Source: a bacterium
GTDB taxonomy: Bacteria; Patescibacteriota; Dojkabacteria; SC72
NCBI GenBank assembly: GCA_021463465.1
Contig: JAJTYH010000003.1
Span: 211,549-275,548, forward strand
DNA: 64,000 nt
Direction of reading: 5' to 3'
The position numbers were made by a program, and so were the translations under genes. The notes under the pieces were generated by a model that did no database searches, had not been told where the DNA came from, and saw only the letters and a list, made by a program, of their open reading frames with translations. This document shows positions 1-10,498 of the stretch, in pieces; positions within the stretch are counted from its first letter, which is position 1; each line of letters begins with the position of its first letter.

Positions 1-569
1 ATAGCTCATTGACTAAGATCTTTGGGAAAATCTATGTCAATTCCAAAGGTTTAAATGTGCTTGAGACAATAAATCTAATACTAGATGAGACCCATTATGT
101 GGACTGGATTGATGATGGGAGTGAGCAAGCCCAGTCCAGAGTGGAAAATATTGATGAACTTAAGAGTGTAGCCACATCTTACTCTGTAAGCTCGGGAGAA
201 AATTCGGTTGCGCTATTTTTGGAGGAAATAACATTAATTGAGCAAGAACAGGACAAGAATAAAGATGGTAATGGTAAGGCCGTTACTCTGATGACGCTCC
301 ACTCATCGAAAGGTTTAGAATTCCCTTGCGTAATGATAGTCGGAATGGAAGAGGGAATACTCCCTCATTCAAGGTCTTTCGCTAACGATTCCGAAATGGA
401 GGAGGAACGAAGGCTTTGTTATGTAGGTATAACTAGGGCCAAAGATAGGCTTTGGCTAACATTCGCTGAGGGCAGAAGCTCTATGGGAGGGTTTACTTCG
501 CAGATTCCATCCAGATTTCTAGCCGAGATACCTCAAGATTTATGTGAGTATTATAGCTGGAATGGCTAA
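1..569 (+). CDS. pcrA: UvrD/PcrA family helicase, C-terminal part (5' end outside window)
   Basis: TLMTLHSSKGLEF, EEERRLCYVGITRA and PSRFL helicase motifs. Confidence 0.9.
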   Translation, partial: SSLTKIFGKIYVNSKGLNVLETINLILDETHYVDWIDDGSEQAQSRVENIDELKSVATSYSVSSGENSVALFLEEITLIEQEQDKNKDGNGKAVTLMTLHSSKGLEFPCVMIVGMEEGILPHSRSFANDSEMEEERRLCYVGITRAKDRLWLTFAEGRSSMGGFTSQIPSRFLAEIPQDLCEYYSWNG

Positions 570-577
570 GGGTGTAC

Positions 578-1156
578 TCATACTCTTAACTGTCTTCTCC
601 TGACAACAAGCATAATTGTGCAAAGGGTATTGGCTATAAACCATGTTAAAGGATGTAAGGCGGTGTTAATTGAGTAATTCTGTACTGCTGTAAAGGTAAT
701 CCCATGCCTTACAGAGTTCAAAATATATGTGAATAAGGTTTCCTCCTGAGGCTTATTCCATGATTTCCGTATGGTCGGACCTAATGCTATTATCCCAGCA
801 GAAAGTTGGAGCATAGTTGCAATCTCAGGTAACTTTACAACCTTCCATAAAAACACAGCTATTAGTGCAAGGGTCAGAAATAAATAATCAATGGGTGTAA
901 TATTTTTAGATCCGTTTTTTAGTGCCACTAGAGCGATAAAAAGAGTAATTATAGAGGTTGTTAGTGTAATCCATGCACTTGGGCCTGCACCATGTGAGTA
1001 TTGTATTCCAAAGCCGATAAAAGCTAAGAAGGACCATAGAAACCAGCTAAAAATGTGTGGAGTTGTTCTTCCGGAGATAGTGTCTTTAATGTATGGGATA
1101 TAGCCTACAAATATTAGAATAATTCCAACTACCCCGAGTATCTCTTTTATATTCAT
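578..1156 (-). CDS. Multi-pass membrane protein (PQ-loop-like CPR family)
   Basis: Several hydrophobic segments, PYI...G.T.P..FSW pattern; ATG at 1156 avoids overlap with the upstream gene. Confidence 0.65.
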   Translation of the reverse strand: MNIKEILGVVGIILIFVGYIPYIKDTISGRTTPHIFSWFLWSFLAFIGFGIQYSHGAGPSAWITLTTSIITLFIALVALKNGSKNITPIDYLFLTLALIAVFLWKVVKLPEIATMLQLSAGIIALGPTIRKSWNKPQEETLFTYILNSVRHGITFTAVQNYSINTALHPLTWFIANTLCTIMLVVRRRQLRV

Positions 1157-1160
1157 ACTT

Positions 1161-2081
1161 TTAATCTGAATCTCTCTCGAAGGCTTTATTACATGCTGGC
1201 CAGTGATGTGCTGCATTGCCAGGCAAATCGTACATTTTTGAAACTATCTCAATTTGTTCGTGTCCGTCCCAAATATTGGTTCCACCATATGCGAAGTATG
1301 TTGATTTAGTAAACTGATAAAGGCCGTAGTAACTACTTTTATCATTGCCAGAGTTACAGCCTGATTCGCAGTACATGACATATCTCATCCATGCGTTCTT
1401 TTCAGGTTGCTCAGATCGAGGAGCGATTTCATTAATTACCTTATTCCAGTATGCGCAGCTATGAACTGTTACTGGTTTAGTACCAAACCTAACGACCTTA
1501 GTAATAGGGGCAATTACGATTTTTACTGCCGTGACTTCTGATCTGTAGGCAACTTCATCTTTATAAAGAACCCTGATTGTTTTCTCCAGAACTCCATTTT
1601 GACCCTCTACCTCAACAATACTTTGACCTTTATCCATTTTTTCATCCTCAACCCTTTTTACACTGAAAGGTACCATTTCAACCTGTACGAATACTTCGCT
1701 ATGTACTTTGACTATAACGATTTTCCCGTTGTGAGGGATATATTCGTTTGGACCAGGTAAAATTTCGTCATCGCCGTCCAGGCTGTATTTCACTTCGCTA
1801 AGGATATCTTTCGCACTGTCTGAGTAGACTAAATGAGTCTGTTCAAAGTCTAACCCTCTTACAGTAATAGTTTTAGGGGCAAAACCACGCTCGGGAAGAG
1901 TGTCACTCTCGTAAAGTTTTGGATGAACTACATTTGTTTGGCGGTTATCCTGAGCGTAAATACTACTATCTTGCAGAAATACACCCCCGCAAAAAAGTAT
2001 AAATATGCTAAGTAGGAAAAGGGTTCTAATACGCCTCTTGATTTGTTGGAGTTGTTTGCTCGCAGGGAGCAGACGCATCAT
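1161..2081 (-). CDS. RpfB-like protein: N-terminal TM, G5 domain, Rpf/lysozyme-like transglycosylase
   Basis: G5 pattern (VPFSV...EGQNG...VVRFGTK); C-terminal CESG, YYGLYQF, EQI, HWPAC. Confidence 0.8.
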   Translation of the reverse strand: MMRLLPASKQLQQIKRRIRTLFLLSIFILFCGGVFLQDSSIYAQDNRQTNVVHPKLYESDTLPERGFAPKTITVRGLDFEQTHLVYSDSAKDILSEVKYSLDGDDEILPGPNEYIPHNGKIVIVKVHSEVFVQVEMVPFSVKRVEDEKMDKGQSIVEVEGQNGVLEKTIRVLYKDEVAYRSEVTAVKIVIAPITKVVRFGTKPVTVHSCAYWNKVINEIAPRSEQPEKNAWMRYVMYCESGCNSGNDKSSYYGLYQFTKSTYFAYGGTNIWDGHEQIEIVSKMYDLPGNAAHHWPACNKAFERDSD

Positions 2082-2180
2082 TAAGGATTTAAGATGTTAT
2101 TCTTTGCCAATATTTCATTGTATCGGGCAAAGCTCTGGCATTCTAGCAGATATTTGACATCAATTCATCAATTAAATAGT

Positions 2181-3629
2181 ATGAAGTTAATGAAAAATAT
2201 ATGGAAATACGTATTAATTGCTATTCCCGTGCTACTTTTAGTCGCTAGTGGAACCTTCTATTTCATACAGATGCCAACGCAAGAAAAACAGAATCAATAT
2301 GCAGGACTTATTGGTCACGGTAACGCCTTCCTGGAGCAGAAGGAGTATGCTAAATCTTTGAATGCTTTTAATGAAGCTGCATCGCTCTTGCCAGCAAGGT
2401 TTGAGGCATATGAGGGAGCCACCAAGGTTTTGGTGGCAAAAAATCAATTAGGACAATTAGCTACCTTACTAGATAACGCTGGAATGAATTTATCATCTGA
2501 AGAGAGGTCGAAATTGTATGCCATGTTAGGTAATGGCTATTTAGCAATTCAAAACCCTTCTCAGGCACAGATCTACTTTGAAAAAGCCATTGATCAAAGC
2601 TACCAGAATGATGTTGCCAAAGTGGGTTTAGCAAAATCATTATTGATGCAAGGAGATTATATGCGCGCTAGAAACTACTTAGATATTCCTACTAATTCCG
2701 CTTTATATGAAGAAGCATACGTTCTTAAACTCATTTCTAAATTCAGCGATTTAGAAGGGATTAAGGAAGTTTTAGCTGAAAACCTTACTCCAGTGGATCC
2801 GAATATAAAGAAGATTATAGATGATTATAAGAATGTGGCTAAGCGTGATGCTGGTGAAGAGCTTTATATAAAGGCTTTAATCGGAAGAGTTTACGTGAAT
2901 AGCGGATATTCGAAAATGGCGGTTGCGCTACTTGAACTGTCTAAAGACGCTCTTATGGAATACTCTGACGGTTTGTATGTATTGTCAGTGGCATACTTTA
3001 ATTTGGGAGATTACGACGATGTGACAACTTTGCTTAAAGATTTCTCTAATCCCAATGCTGACCATGACTTTTATCTCTTAGCTGCAAGGTCCTACCAATA
3101 TACAGGTGATAATACTGAGGCGATTAAGAGTTTTGACTCAGCGGTTGCCAGCAGTGGGGATAAGAATGAGGAGGTATATAAAGAGTATGTGAAGTTCCTG
3201 CTGAGCGAAGAACAGTACGTTAAAGCTAAAGAAGTATTGGATAAGGCAGATAAGAAATTCGATGAAGTTTGGATTGATACTGCTTATCTTCAAATGTATA
3301 CCTTGCAGAAGAATATTAGTAAGGCTTCTACTTATATAGAAAAGCTTTCAAAGGTTTCTGATATGACTGATTTAGAGAAAAAGGAGTACATGTACTGGGC
3401 TATCAGTCATTATATTGATCAGCAAAAAAATAATGATGCCATAATCGTTTTAGCCAAATTAAAGGAGTTGGATAAACAGAATGCAGAGTACTACTTACTT
3501 GCCGGGCGATTACACTTACAAACGGCAAATGTAACAGAGGCTAAGATTGAACTCGAGCAGGCTATTGACTACGATCTCACTGGCGAGGTGGTGGAAGAAG
3601 CGAAGAAGTTATTGTCACGGGTCAACTAG
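2181..3629 (+). CDS. Membrane-anchored TPR-repeat protein
   Basis: N-terminal TM followed by many TPR-like helical repeats; start codon uncertain (2094/2181/2190). Confidence 0.75.
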   Translation: MKLMKNIWKYVLIAIPVLLLVASGTFYFIQMPTQEKQNQYAGLIGHGNAFLEQKEYAKSLNAFNEAASLLPARFEAYEGATKVLVAKNQLGQLATLLDNAGMNLSSEERSKLYAMLGNGYLAIQNPSQAQIYFEKAIDQSYQNDVAKVGLAKSLLMQGDYMRARNYLDIPTNSALYEEAYVLKLISKFSDLEGIKEVLAENLTPVDPNIKKIIDDYKNVAKRDAGEELYIKALIGRVYVNSGYSKMAVALLELSKDALMEYSDGLYVLSVAYFNLGDYDDVTTLLKDFSNPNADHDFYLLAARSYQYTGDNTEAIKSFDSAVASSGDKNEEVYKEYVKFLLSEEQYVKAKEVLDKADKKFDEVWIDTAYLQMYTLQKNISKASTYIEKLSKVSDMTDLEKKEYMYWAISHYIDQQKNNDAIIVLAKLKELDKQNAEYYLLAGRLHLQTANVTEAKIELEQAIDYDLTGEVVEEAKKLLSRVN

Positions 3630-3631
3630 AT

Positions 3632-3640
3632 TGCTATAAT
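3632..3640 (+). promoter_or_regulatory. Extended -10 promoter upstream of fusA
   Basis: TGCTATAAT. Confidence 0.55.
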
Positions 3641-3694
3641 TGCGCCGTTAATTCCCTTAAAAGAGTGAAGAATAATTTTGTATAAACTATATTT

Positions 3695-5797
3695 ATGGCG
3701 TCCCAAACGTATAATGTTAAATTTGATTTAGAGAAGATTCGAAATATCGGAATCATTGCTCATATCGATGCAGGTAAGACTACTACTACTGAACGACTAC
3801 TCTTTTTCACAGGTCAAAAACATAAGATTGGTGAGGTGCACGATGGTGCAGCCACTACTGATTTCATGGTACAGGAGCGAGAGCGTGGTATTACTATCAT
3901 GTCAGCAGCTGTAACGTGTTTTTGGACTTTGGACGGTGTACAGCACCGAATTAATATTATTGATACTCCAGGGCATGTGGACTTCACAGCGGAGGTCGAA
4001 CGATCGCTTCGTGTACTTGATGGTGCCGTTGTCATTTTTGACGGTAAGATGGGTGTTGAACCTCAGTCTGAGACTGTATGGCGTCAAGCTTCTAAATATA
4101 ATGTGCCTAGAATGTGCTTTGTTAATAAGCTTAATCTTTTAGGTGGAGACTTTTATATGAGTTTGGCTTCTATTAAGGAGCGACTTAGTCCTAAGGCTTT
4201 GGCATTGACTTTGCCAATTGGAAAAGAGACTGAACTCAGAGGGTTTGTCGACTTGATTGATATGAAGGCTTATATGTATGACAATATCGACTCAACTGAG
4301 CTTCGTGCAGAAGAGATTCCAGCTGATTTAGTCGAAAAAGCCAAAGAATTCAGACATACATTGGTTGAAAGGGTAGCTGAGCAAGACGATGCGATGATGG
4401 AGAAGTATTTCGCTGGTGAAGAATTGACTGTCGAAGAACTTCGAAAGGGACTGCGAAAAGGAACGCTTAGTGGAGAAATATTCCCTGTTATGGGTGGAGA
4501 TTCTCGTACAGTAATCGTTCATAAGCTGCTTGATTATATTTTAGTGTGTTTGCCATCTCCAAAAGATTTACCTCCTGTTAAGGGAACTCACCCTAAGACT
4601 GAGGCAGAGGTAGAGCGTAAAGTTGATGAGAATGAGGCTTTCTCAGGTTTAGTGTTTAAAATTGTTTCTGATACACATATTGGAACTCTTTCATACTTCC
4701 GAATCTATTCTGGAAAACTTTCGGCTGGTTCTTACGTCTACAATTCAACTAGAAATATTCGGGAAAGAGTGGGCCGTCTTGTACTTATGCATGCTGATGA
4801 TAGAGAAGAGGTGCCTGAGCTTAGAGTCGGGGATATTGGTGCAATCGTAGGCCTTAAAGATTCGTTAACTGGAGATACATTGTGTGACGATGCAAATCCT
4901 ATTGTGCTTGAGAAGATTAAGTTCGCTGAGCCAGTTGTTTCTGAAGCTATTGAGCCTGTGACTAAGTCTGATCAAGAGAAGATGGGTATGGCGCTTGCAA
5001 GACTTGCTAAGGAAGATCCAACTTTCTTAGTCTCGAGTAACTCTGAAACAGGCCAGACTATTATTTCAGGAATGGGCGAGCTTCATCTTGAGATTATGGT
5101 AGATCGTCTTAATCGAGAATTTGGCGCTCAGGTGAAAGTTGGTAAGCCACAGGTTGCATACCGAGAAACTGTAAAGCAGTCCGTGAAGATGGAGGGAAGG
5201 TATATCAAGCAATCCGGAGGTAAAGGTCAATATGGTCACTGCTGGTTGAGAATTGAGCCTAATGAGAAGGGTAAAGGTGTTGAATTTATAAACGAGATCA
5301 AGGGTGGAGCTATTCCTAGAGAGTATATCCCCTCAATTGAGAAAGGTGTAAAGGAAGCTTCCCAGTCGGGTGTAATTGCTGGCTATCCTGTGGTTGATGT
5401 CAAGGTTTTCGTTTATGATGGTTCTTATCATGATGTTGACTCTTCTGAAGCAGCCTTTAAAATTGCTGGTTCAATGGCGTTTAGAGATGCATGTAAGATT
5501 GCAAATCCTGTTCTACTTGAACCTATTATGGATGTCGAGGTCACTGTTCCTGATAAATTTGTAGGTGATGTCACAGGTTCGCTTAGTAGTAAGCGTGGTC
5601 AGATTCTTAAGACTGAGGTTAAAGGTAATCTTCATGTGATTAGTGCTCTTGTGCCTTTGGCAGAACTCTTTGGATATACTACTGAACTTAGGTCGATAAC
5701 TAGCGGTCGAGGATCGGCTTCGGTCGAGCCTTCCAACTATTCTGAAGTACCTAGAAACGTCGCAGAAGAGATTGCTGGGGTACGTGCTGGTAAATAA
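3695..5797 (+). CDS. fusA: Elongation factor G
   Basis: [37 protein letters not shown]; atypical G4/G5 (see findings). Confidence 0.98.
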   Translation: MASQTYNVKFDLEKIRNIGIIAHIDAGKTTTTERLLFFTGQKHKIGEVHDGAATTDFMVQERERGITIMSAAVTCFWTLDGVQHRINIIDTPGHVDFTAEVERSLRVLDGAVVIFDGKMGVEPQSETVWRQASKYNVPRMCFVNKLNLLGGDFYMSLASIKERLSPKALALTLPIGKETELRGFVDLIDMKAYMYDNIDSTELRAEEIPADLVEKAKEFRHTLVERVAEQDDAMMEKYFAGEELTVEELRKGLRKGTLSGEIFPVMGGDSRTVIVHKLLDYILVCLPSPKDLPPVKGTHPKTEAEVERKVDENEAFSGLVFKIVSDTHIGTLSYFRIYSGKLSAGSYVYNSTRNIRERVGRLVLMHADDREEVPELRVGDIGAIVGLKDSLTGDTLCDDANPIVLEKIKFAEPVVSEAIEPVTKSDQEKMGMALARLAKEDPTFLVSSNSETGQTIISGMGELHLEIMVDRLNREFGAQVKVGKPQVAYRETVKQSVKMEGRYIKQSGGKGQYGHCWLRIEPNEKGKGVEFINEIKGGAIPREYIPSIEKGVKEASQSGVIAGYPVVDVKVFVYDGSYHDVDSSEAAFKIAGSMAFRDACKIANPVLLEPIMDVEVTVPDKFVGDVTGSLSSKRGQILKTEVKGNLHVISALVPLAELFGYTTELRSITSGRGSASVEPSNYSEVPRNVAEEIAGVRAGK

Positions 5798-5820
5798 CCT
5801 AGAGATTTAGTATATACAGC

Positions 5821-5849
5821 TTGAAAGGTGAAGGCGTTTTTGCTAAGAT
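5821..5849 (+). promoter_or_regulatory. Sigma70-type promoter for tuf
   Basis: TTGAAA-17 nt-TAAGAT with a TG extension; a hairpin follows at ~5855-5894. Confidence 0.55.
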
Positions 5850-5929
5850 ACGATGCAGTTTTGAGTGAAGCCTTAAAGTTTGACTTAAGACTGCCTTAAA
5901 AAATCAAATTAAATTAATTAAAAAATATA

Positions 5930-7096
5930 ATGGCTGATTTTGTAAGAACAAAGCCACATATGAACATTGGTACACTTGGTCACGTCGACCACGGTAAGAC
6001 CACACTTGTTCGTGGTATTTTGCGAGCATTCTCTCCGGATGCTGATAAGTTCATCGATAAGCTTGATAAAGACCCAATCGCAAGGGCTAAAGCTATTACT
6101 ATCTCTGTAGCTCACGTAGAGTTTGAGTCTGACAATAGACACTATGCTTTGGTAGATTGCCCAGGTCACAGAGATTATATTAAGAACATGATTACGGGTG
6201 CCGCACAGATGGACGGTGCTATTCTTGTTATCTCCAGCTCTGATGGTGCTATGCCTCAGACTAGAGAGCACGTATTGCTTGCTAAGCAGGTCGGTGTGCC
6301 TAAGATTGTTGTTTTTATTAACGATTTCGGTGGTACTGATCCTGAAATCCTTGAGCTTATCAAGTCTGACGTTTCTGATGTGCTTGATAAATATGGTTAC
6401 GGTAAAGATGCTCCTATTGTTATCGGAAGTGCACTTGCTGCATTCGAAGGTAAAGAGGAAGGTATTGCTAAGATTAAAGAGCTTATTGCTGCTGTTGATG
6501 CTTATATTCCTGAGCCTCAGCGAGCTTTGGATGAACCATTCCTTATGCCTATTGAGGATGTATTCTCAATTGAAGGCCGAGGAACAGTTGTAACCGGAAG
6601 AATCGAAAGAGGGAAAGTTACTGTAGGTGATGAGGTTGACGTACTCGGGCTTGGTAAGGCTGACCAAAAGACAGCTGTTACAGGTGTTGAGATGTTTAAT
6701 AAGTCTCTTAAGGAAGGTATTGCTGGAGATAACGTAGGTATTTTGCTTAGAGGTCTCAAGCGAGAAGATGTAGAAAGAGGCCAGGTACTCTGTAAGCCAG
6801 CTTCAGTAAAAACACACTCTGAATTCAAGGCTTCAGTTTATATCCTTAGCAAAGAGGAAGGTGGAAGACACACAGCCTTTGTATCAGGATATAAGCCTCA
6901 GTTCTATGTTAGAACCGCCGATGTTACAGGTGCTGTGACACTTGGTGATGGTGTTGAAATGGTAAACCCAGGAGATAACGTTGAATTCACCGTTGCTTTG
7001 GTAACTCCGGTTGCCATTGAGAAAGGTCTTAGATTTGCTATCCGAGAGGGTGGTCAAACCGTGGGCCAAGGTGTTGTAACGGATATCGTTAAGTAA
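5930..7096 (+). CDS. tuf: Elongation factor Tu
   Basis: [50 protein letters not shown]; position between fusA and rpsJ. Confidence 0.97.
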   Translation: MADFVRTKPHMNIGTLGHVDHGKTTLVRGILRAFSPDADKFIDKLDKDPIARAKAITISVAHVEFESDNRHYALVDCPGHRDYIKNMITGAAQMDGAILVISSSDGAMPQTREHVLLAKQVGVPKIVVFINDFGGTDPEILELIKSDVSDVLDKYGYGKDAPIVIGSALAAFEGKEEGIAKIKELIAAVDAYIPEPQRALDEPFLMPIEDVFSIEGRGTVVTGRIERGKVTVGDEVDVLGLGKADQKTAVTGVEMFNKSLKEGIAGDNVGILLRGLKREDVERGQVLCKPASVKTHSEFKASVYILSKEEGGRHTAFVSGYKPQFYVRTADVTGAVTLGDGVEMVNPGDNVEFTVALVTPVAIEKGLRFAIREGGQTVGQGVVTDIVK

Positions 7097-7104
7097 GAGA
7101 TGGG

Positions 7105-7131
7105 AAAGAGTGGGGGCGACCCCACTCTTTT
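7105..7131 (+). terminator. Intrinsic terminator-like hairpin after tuf
   Basis: AAAGAGTGGGG-GCGA-CCCCACTCTTTT. Confidence 0.7.
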
Positions 7132-7163
7132 ATCATATTAATTTATTAGCTCTTTGATCGAAA

Positions 7164-7475
7164 ATGGCAAGTCCAGCTGCAAGAATTAGAGTTAAGCTAA
7201 AAGGCTACGACGCAGTTGTTGTTGATCGCTCTGCGAGGAGTATTATCGAAACCGCTATAAGTACTGGTGCGAAGGTTGCAGGACCTATTCCTCTTCCCAC
7301 TAAGCGAAGAAAGACTGCAGTGAATCGCTCTACGTTCATATACAAAAGTTCCATTGAACATTTTGAAATTCGTGCACATAAGCGAATTGTAGATATTATT
7401 GATCCTACGCCTAAGACAATTGATGCACTACAGCATCTTCAAATGCCAGCAGGTGTAGGTATTGAAATACAGTAA
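7164..7475 (+). CDS. rpsJ: 30S protein uS10
   Basis: [24 protein letters not shown]. Confidence 0.97.
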   Translation: MASPAARIRVKLKGYDAVVVDRSARSIIETAISTGAKVAGPIPLPTKRRKTAVNRSTFIYKSSIEHFEIRAHKRIVDIIDPTPKTIDALQHLQMPAGVGIEIQ

Positions 7476-7480
7476 ATATT

Positions 7481-8059
7481 ATGAAAATGGTAATAGGTGT
7501 GAAAAAAGGAATGACCAGAGTTTTCAAGGCAGATAAATCTGTTCCTGTTACCGTTGTTGATATTACTAGTTGCGTGGTTGCGAACAAAGATGCTAAAGGG
7601 ATTGAGCTTGGTGTGGGTAAAGTGAAAGGAAATAAGGCTTTGCAAGGTAAGTATGCCAAATTGGGATATGTACCTGCGTTCAGAGAGTATTTCATCGGGG
7701 AATGGGCGGATTTAAATATTGGAGATGCGGTCAAACCTGAGGATTTTGCTTCAGGTCTGAAAGTATCTGTTTCGGGAGTAAGTAAAGGAAAAGGTTTTGC
7801 AGGTGTAATCAAGCGCTGGGGATTTAGTGGTGGTCCAAAGACTCATGGTCAGTCAAATAAGTGGAGATCACCTGGCTCTATCGGTGCTGGTACAACTCCA
7901 GGGCGTGTTCAAAAAGGTTTGAAGATGTCAGGACGAATGGGCGGTGACCGAGTGACTTTAAGAAATAGGGAAATTGTTGAAGTGGTAGAGAATTATCTTT
8001 TGGTCTCTGGTCCGCTTCCTGGAAGCATTGGTAAACCGTTAGTTATAGTTACGCAGTAA
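7481..8059 (+). CDS. rplC: 50S protein uL3 (short)
   Basis: KKGMTRVF, SKGKGFAGVIKR, GSIG; synteny. Confidence 0.96.
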   Translation: MKMVIGVKKGMTRVFKADKSVPVTVVDITSCVVANKDAKGIELGVGKVKGNKALQGKYAKLGYVPAFREYFIGEWADLNIGDAVKPEDFASGLKVSVSGVSKGKGFAGVIKRWGFSGGPKTHGQSNKWRSPGSIGAGTTPGRVQKGLKMSGRMGGDRVTLRNREIVEVVENYLLVSGPLPGSIGKPLVIVTQ

Positions 8060-8706
8060 TGGCTACGAAAAAAGTTACAACCAAAACTAAAACAGTGAAA
8101 AAGGCCAAAGAGGTTAAGTCAGAGGTAAATGTAGAGCTTAATCCTAAGGTTTGGTCAGTTCCTTACAAGTCCGACTTGGTGGCTCAGGTCCTTTATGTGA
8201 TGCGCTCGAACGCTCGTCAGGGCGATGCTCATGCTAAAACCCGTGCAGATGTACGAGGTGGTGGTAGAAAACCATGGAAGCAAAAGGGAACTGGTCGTGC
8301 CCGAGCTGGTTCTATTCGGTCTCCGCTTTGGGCTAAAGGTGGTGTAACTTTTGTGCCTAATCTCAGAAATTGGGCTCGGAAGATTAATCGCAAGATGAGA
8401 AAACTGGCTGTTGCCGTGATTCTTTCTGAGAGATTACGAAAAGAAAATTTGGAATTTGTGGCAATCGCTGAGAAGAAAGAGATGTCAGAGACTAGAAAGT
8501 TGTTTACCAGTATGTTAGGTGAGAGACAGCAAAGTTTGGTTGTCACTAGCAATCCTGTTGTTGAGATGGCTCTGCGTAATGTAGGAAAGATTTCGGTCGC
8601 TCGACCTGAGAATTTGAACGTATTTGTACTTGTGTTAGCGAAGAAAATCGTTATTGATAATGAATGTTTAGATGTAATTGAAAAGAATGTTTTAAATGAA
8701 AAGTAA
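8059..8706 (+). CDS. rplD: 50S protein uL4
   Basis: GGGRKPWKQKGTGRARAGS. Confidence 0.96.
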   Translation: MATKKVTTKTKTVKKAKEVKSEVNVELNPKVWSVPYKSDLVAQVLYVMRSNARQGDAHAKTRADVRGGGRKPWKQKGTGRARAGSIRSPLWAKGGVTFVPNLRNWARKINRKMRKLAVAVILSERLRKENLEFVAIAEKKEMSETRKLFTSMLGERQQSLVVTSNPVVEMALRNVGKISVARPENLNVFVLVLAKKIVIDNECLDVIEKNVLNEK

Positions 8707-8986
8707 TCTTTTAATACAACCTGTGATTTCAGAGAAGTCATATGTTTTGGCTAATTCCCAAAATAAGTATGTCTTTTTGGTGGATGTAAAAGCTTCCAGA
8801 ATTGAAATTGAAAAAGAAGTGGAGAAAAGATACAAAGTTAAGGTTGTGAGCGTGAATATAGTTCGAAAACCAGGAAAGCTTAAAAGAGATTGGAGATTGA
8901 ATAAAAAATATCGAAAAGAGGATCAGAAAAAGGCCGTTGTGACTTTGAAAAAAGGAGATAAAATTGATGAATTCTTGAACATTTAA
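8696..8986 (+). CDS. rplW: 50S protein uL23
   Basis: PVISEKS, KKAVVTL. Confidence 0.95.
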   Translation: MKSNLLIQPVISEKSYVLANSQNKYVFLVDVKASRIEIEKEVEKRYKVKVVSVNIVRKPGKLKRDWRLNKKYRKEDQKKAVVTLKKGDKIDEFLNI

Positions 8987-8988
8987 TT

Positions 8989-9837
8989 ATGGTAAAGACT
9001 TTTAGACCAAAAACACCTGCACTCCGATTCACCAAATTGGCAGATAGGTCAATGTTAGAGAAGCAAAGTGGCCCTAGGGGTTTATCTTATGCTAAGAAGC
9101 AGAATTCAGGTCGAAATAATCAAGGTAAAATTACTGTAAGACATAGAGGCGGTAGTGGAGTTAAACGAAGAGTCCGTATGGTTGATTTCAAGCGTAACAA
9201 ATTTGATATCCCTGCTAAGGTTGCAGGTCTTTTTTATGACCCTAACAGAAGCGCCTTTTTAGCTCTTCTTAACTATGCAGATGGCGAAAAACGATATATA
9301 ATTGCCCCCAGAGGTTTGAAGGGTGGAGATAGTGTTGTTTCGGGTGAGAAAGTAGATATCCTTCCAGGAAATGCGATGCGAGTTAAGAATATTCCGTCAG
9401 GAACAGTTGTTAACAGCGTAGAGATTACTCCAGGCGCTGGCGCCAAATTAGGAAGATCTGCTGGTCAAGCAATTACGGTTTTGGGTGTTGATGGTAGTGG
9501 AAAATATGTTCAGCTTCGAATGCCTTCAGGGGAAATTCGATTGGTATTTGCAGATGCGATGGCTACTATTGGACAGGTCGGTAATGAAGATCACTTGAAT
9601 GTGAAACTTGGTAAAGCAGGTAGAAAGCGATTAAAAGGTTGGAGACCAACAGTCAGAGGTATGGTAATGCACCCAGCCCAGCACCCGCATGGTGGAGGTG
9701 AAGGTAAAAGCGTTATTGGTAGAGCGAAAGATATTTGGGGACACAGAATCGGAACCCGAACCAGAAAGAATAAGCGAACCGACAGAATGATTGTAAGACG
9801 AAGACGAACTAAGACCAGACCGTTTGCTAAGAAATAA
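8989..9837 (+). CDS. rplB: 50S protein uL2
   Basis: GRNNQGKITVRHRGG, YDPNRSA, HPHGGGEG. Confidence 0.98.
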   Translation: MVKTFRPKTPALRFTKLADRSMLEKQSGPRGLSYAKKQNSGRNNQGKITVRHRGGSGVKRRVRMVDFKRNKFDIPAKVAGLFYDPNRSAFLALLNYADGEKRYIIAPRGLKGGDSVVSGEKVDILPGNAMRVKNIPSGTVVNSVEITPGAGAKLGRSAGQAITVLGVDGSGKYVQLRMPSGEIRLVFADAMATIGQVGNEDHLNVKLGKAGRKRLKGWRPTVRGMVMHPAQHPHGGGEGKSVIGRAKDIWGHRIGTRTRKNKRTDRMIVRRRRTKTRPFAKK

Positions 9838-9853
9838 TTTAGACTAAAAGAAA

Positions 9854-10159
9854 ATGTCTCGATCACTTAAAAAAGGACCATATGTAGACGCGAAATTACA
9901 GAAGAAGGTTTTGGCTGCAAAGGCTAGTGGTGCTCGTACTGTGATTAAAACCTGGGCAAGAGCTTCTATGATTACCCCTGAGATGGTAGGTTTGACAATT
10001 GGAGTACACAATGGGAAAAAACATGAGCCAGTTTTGGTTTTGGAATCAATGGTTGGTCATCGTTTGGGAGAATTTTCACTTACTCGGAAATTCTTAGGTC
10101 ACGCTAAGAAGGGTAAGATTGCTAAAGTTTATGGTGGAAGTGGTCGTTTTGAAGAATAA
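9854..10159 (+). CDS. rpsS: 30S protein uS19
   Basis: [21 protein letters not shown]. Confidence 0.97.
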   Translation: MSRSLKKGPYVDAKLQKKVLAAKASGARTVIKTWARASMITPEMVGLTIGVHNGKKHEPVLVLESMVGHRLGEFSLTRKFLGHAKKGKIAKVYGGSGRFEE

Positions 10160-10497
10160 TGGATAAAACAGTAAAAATACAAATCAAGAATATTCCCGTT
10201 TCCCCTTACAAAACTAGGCTTGTAGCTGATTTGGTCAGAAATATGGAAGTAGAGAAAGCACTTGATACTTTGAATTTTTTGAATAAGAAAGCCGCTGTAC
10301 ATATGAAAAAGGCTTTGGTTAGTGCTATAGCCAGCGCAAAGCAGATATTGGGAGTTGAAGCTAAAGGGTTAAAGATTGCCAAATTGACAGTTGGTGAAGG
10401 TGTTAAACGACCAGGTGTTCGTTTCGAGTCTCGAGGTCGGGCTACCAGGTTAATTACCCGAAGGTCGCACATTAATTTAGAGTTAAAAGCTAAGTAG
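10159..10497 (+). CDS. rplV: 50S protein uL22
   Basis: SPYKTRLVADLVR, RGRA...SHI. Confidence 0.95.
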   Translation: MDKTVKIQIKNIPVSPYKTRLVADLVRNMEVEKALDTLNFLNKKAAVHMKKALVSAIASAKQILGVEAKGLKIAKLTVGEGVKRPGVRFESRGRATRLITRRSHINLELKAK

Positions 10498-10498
10498 T

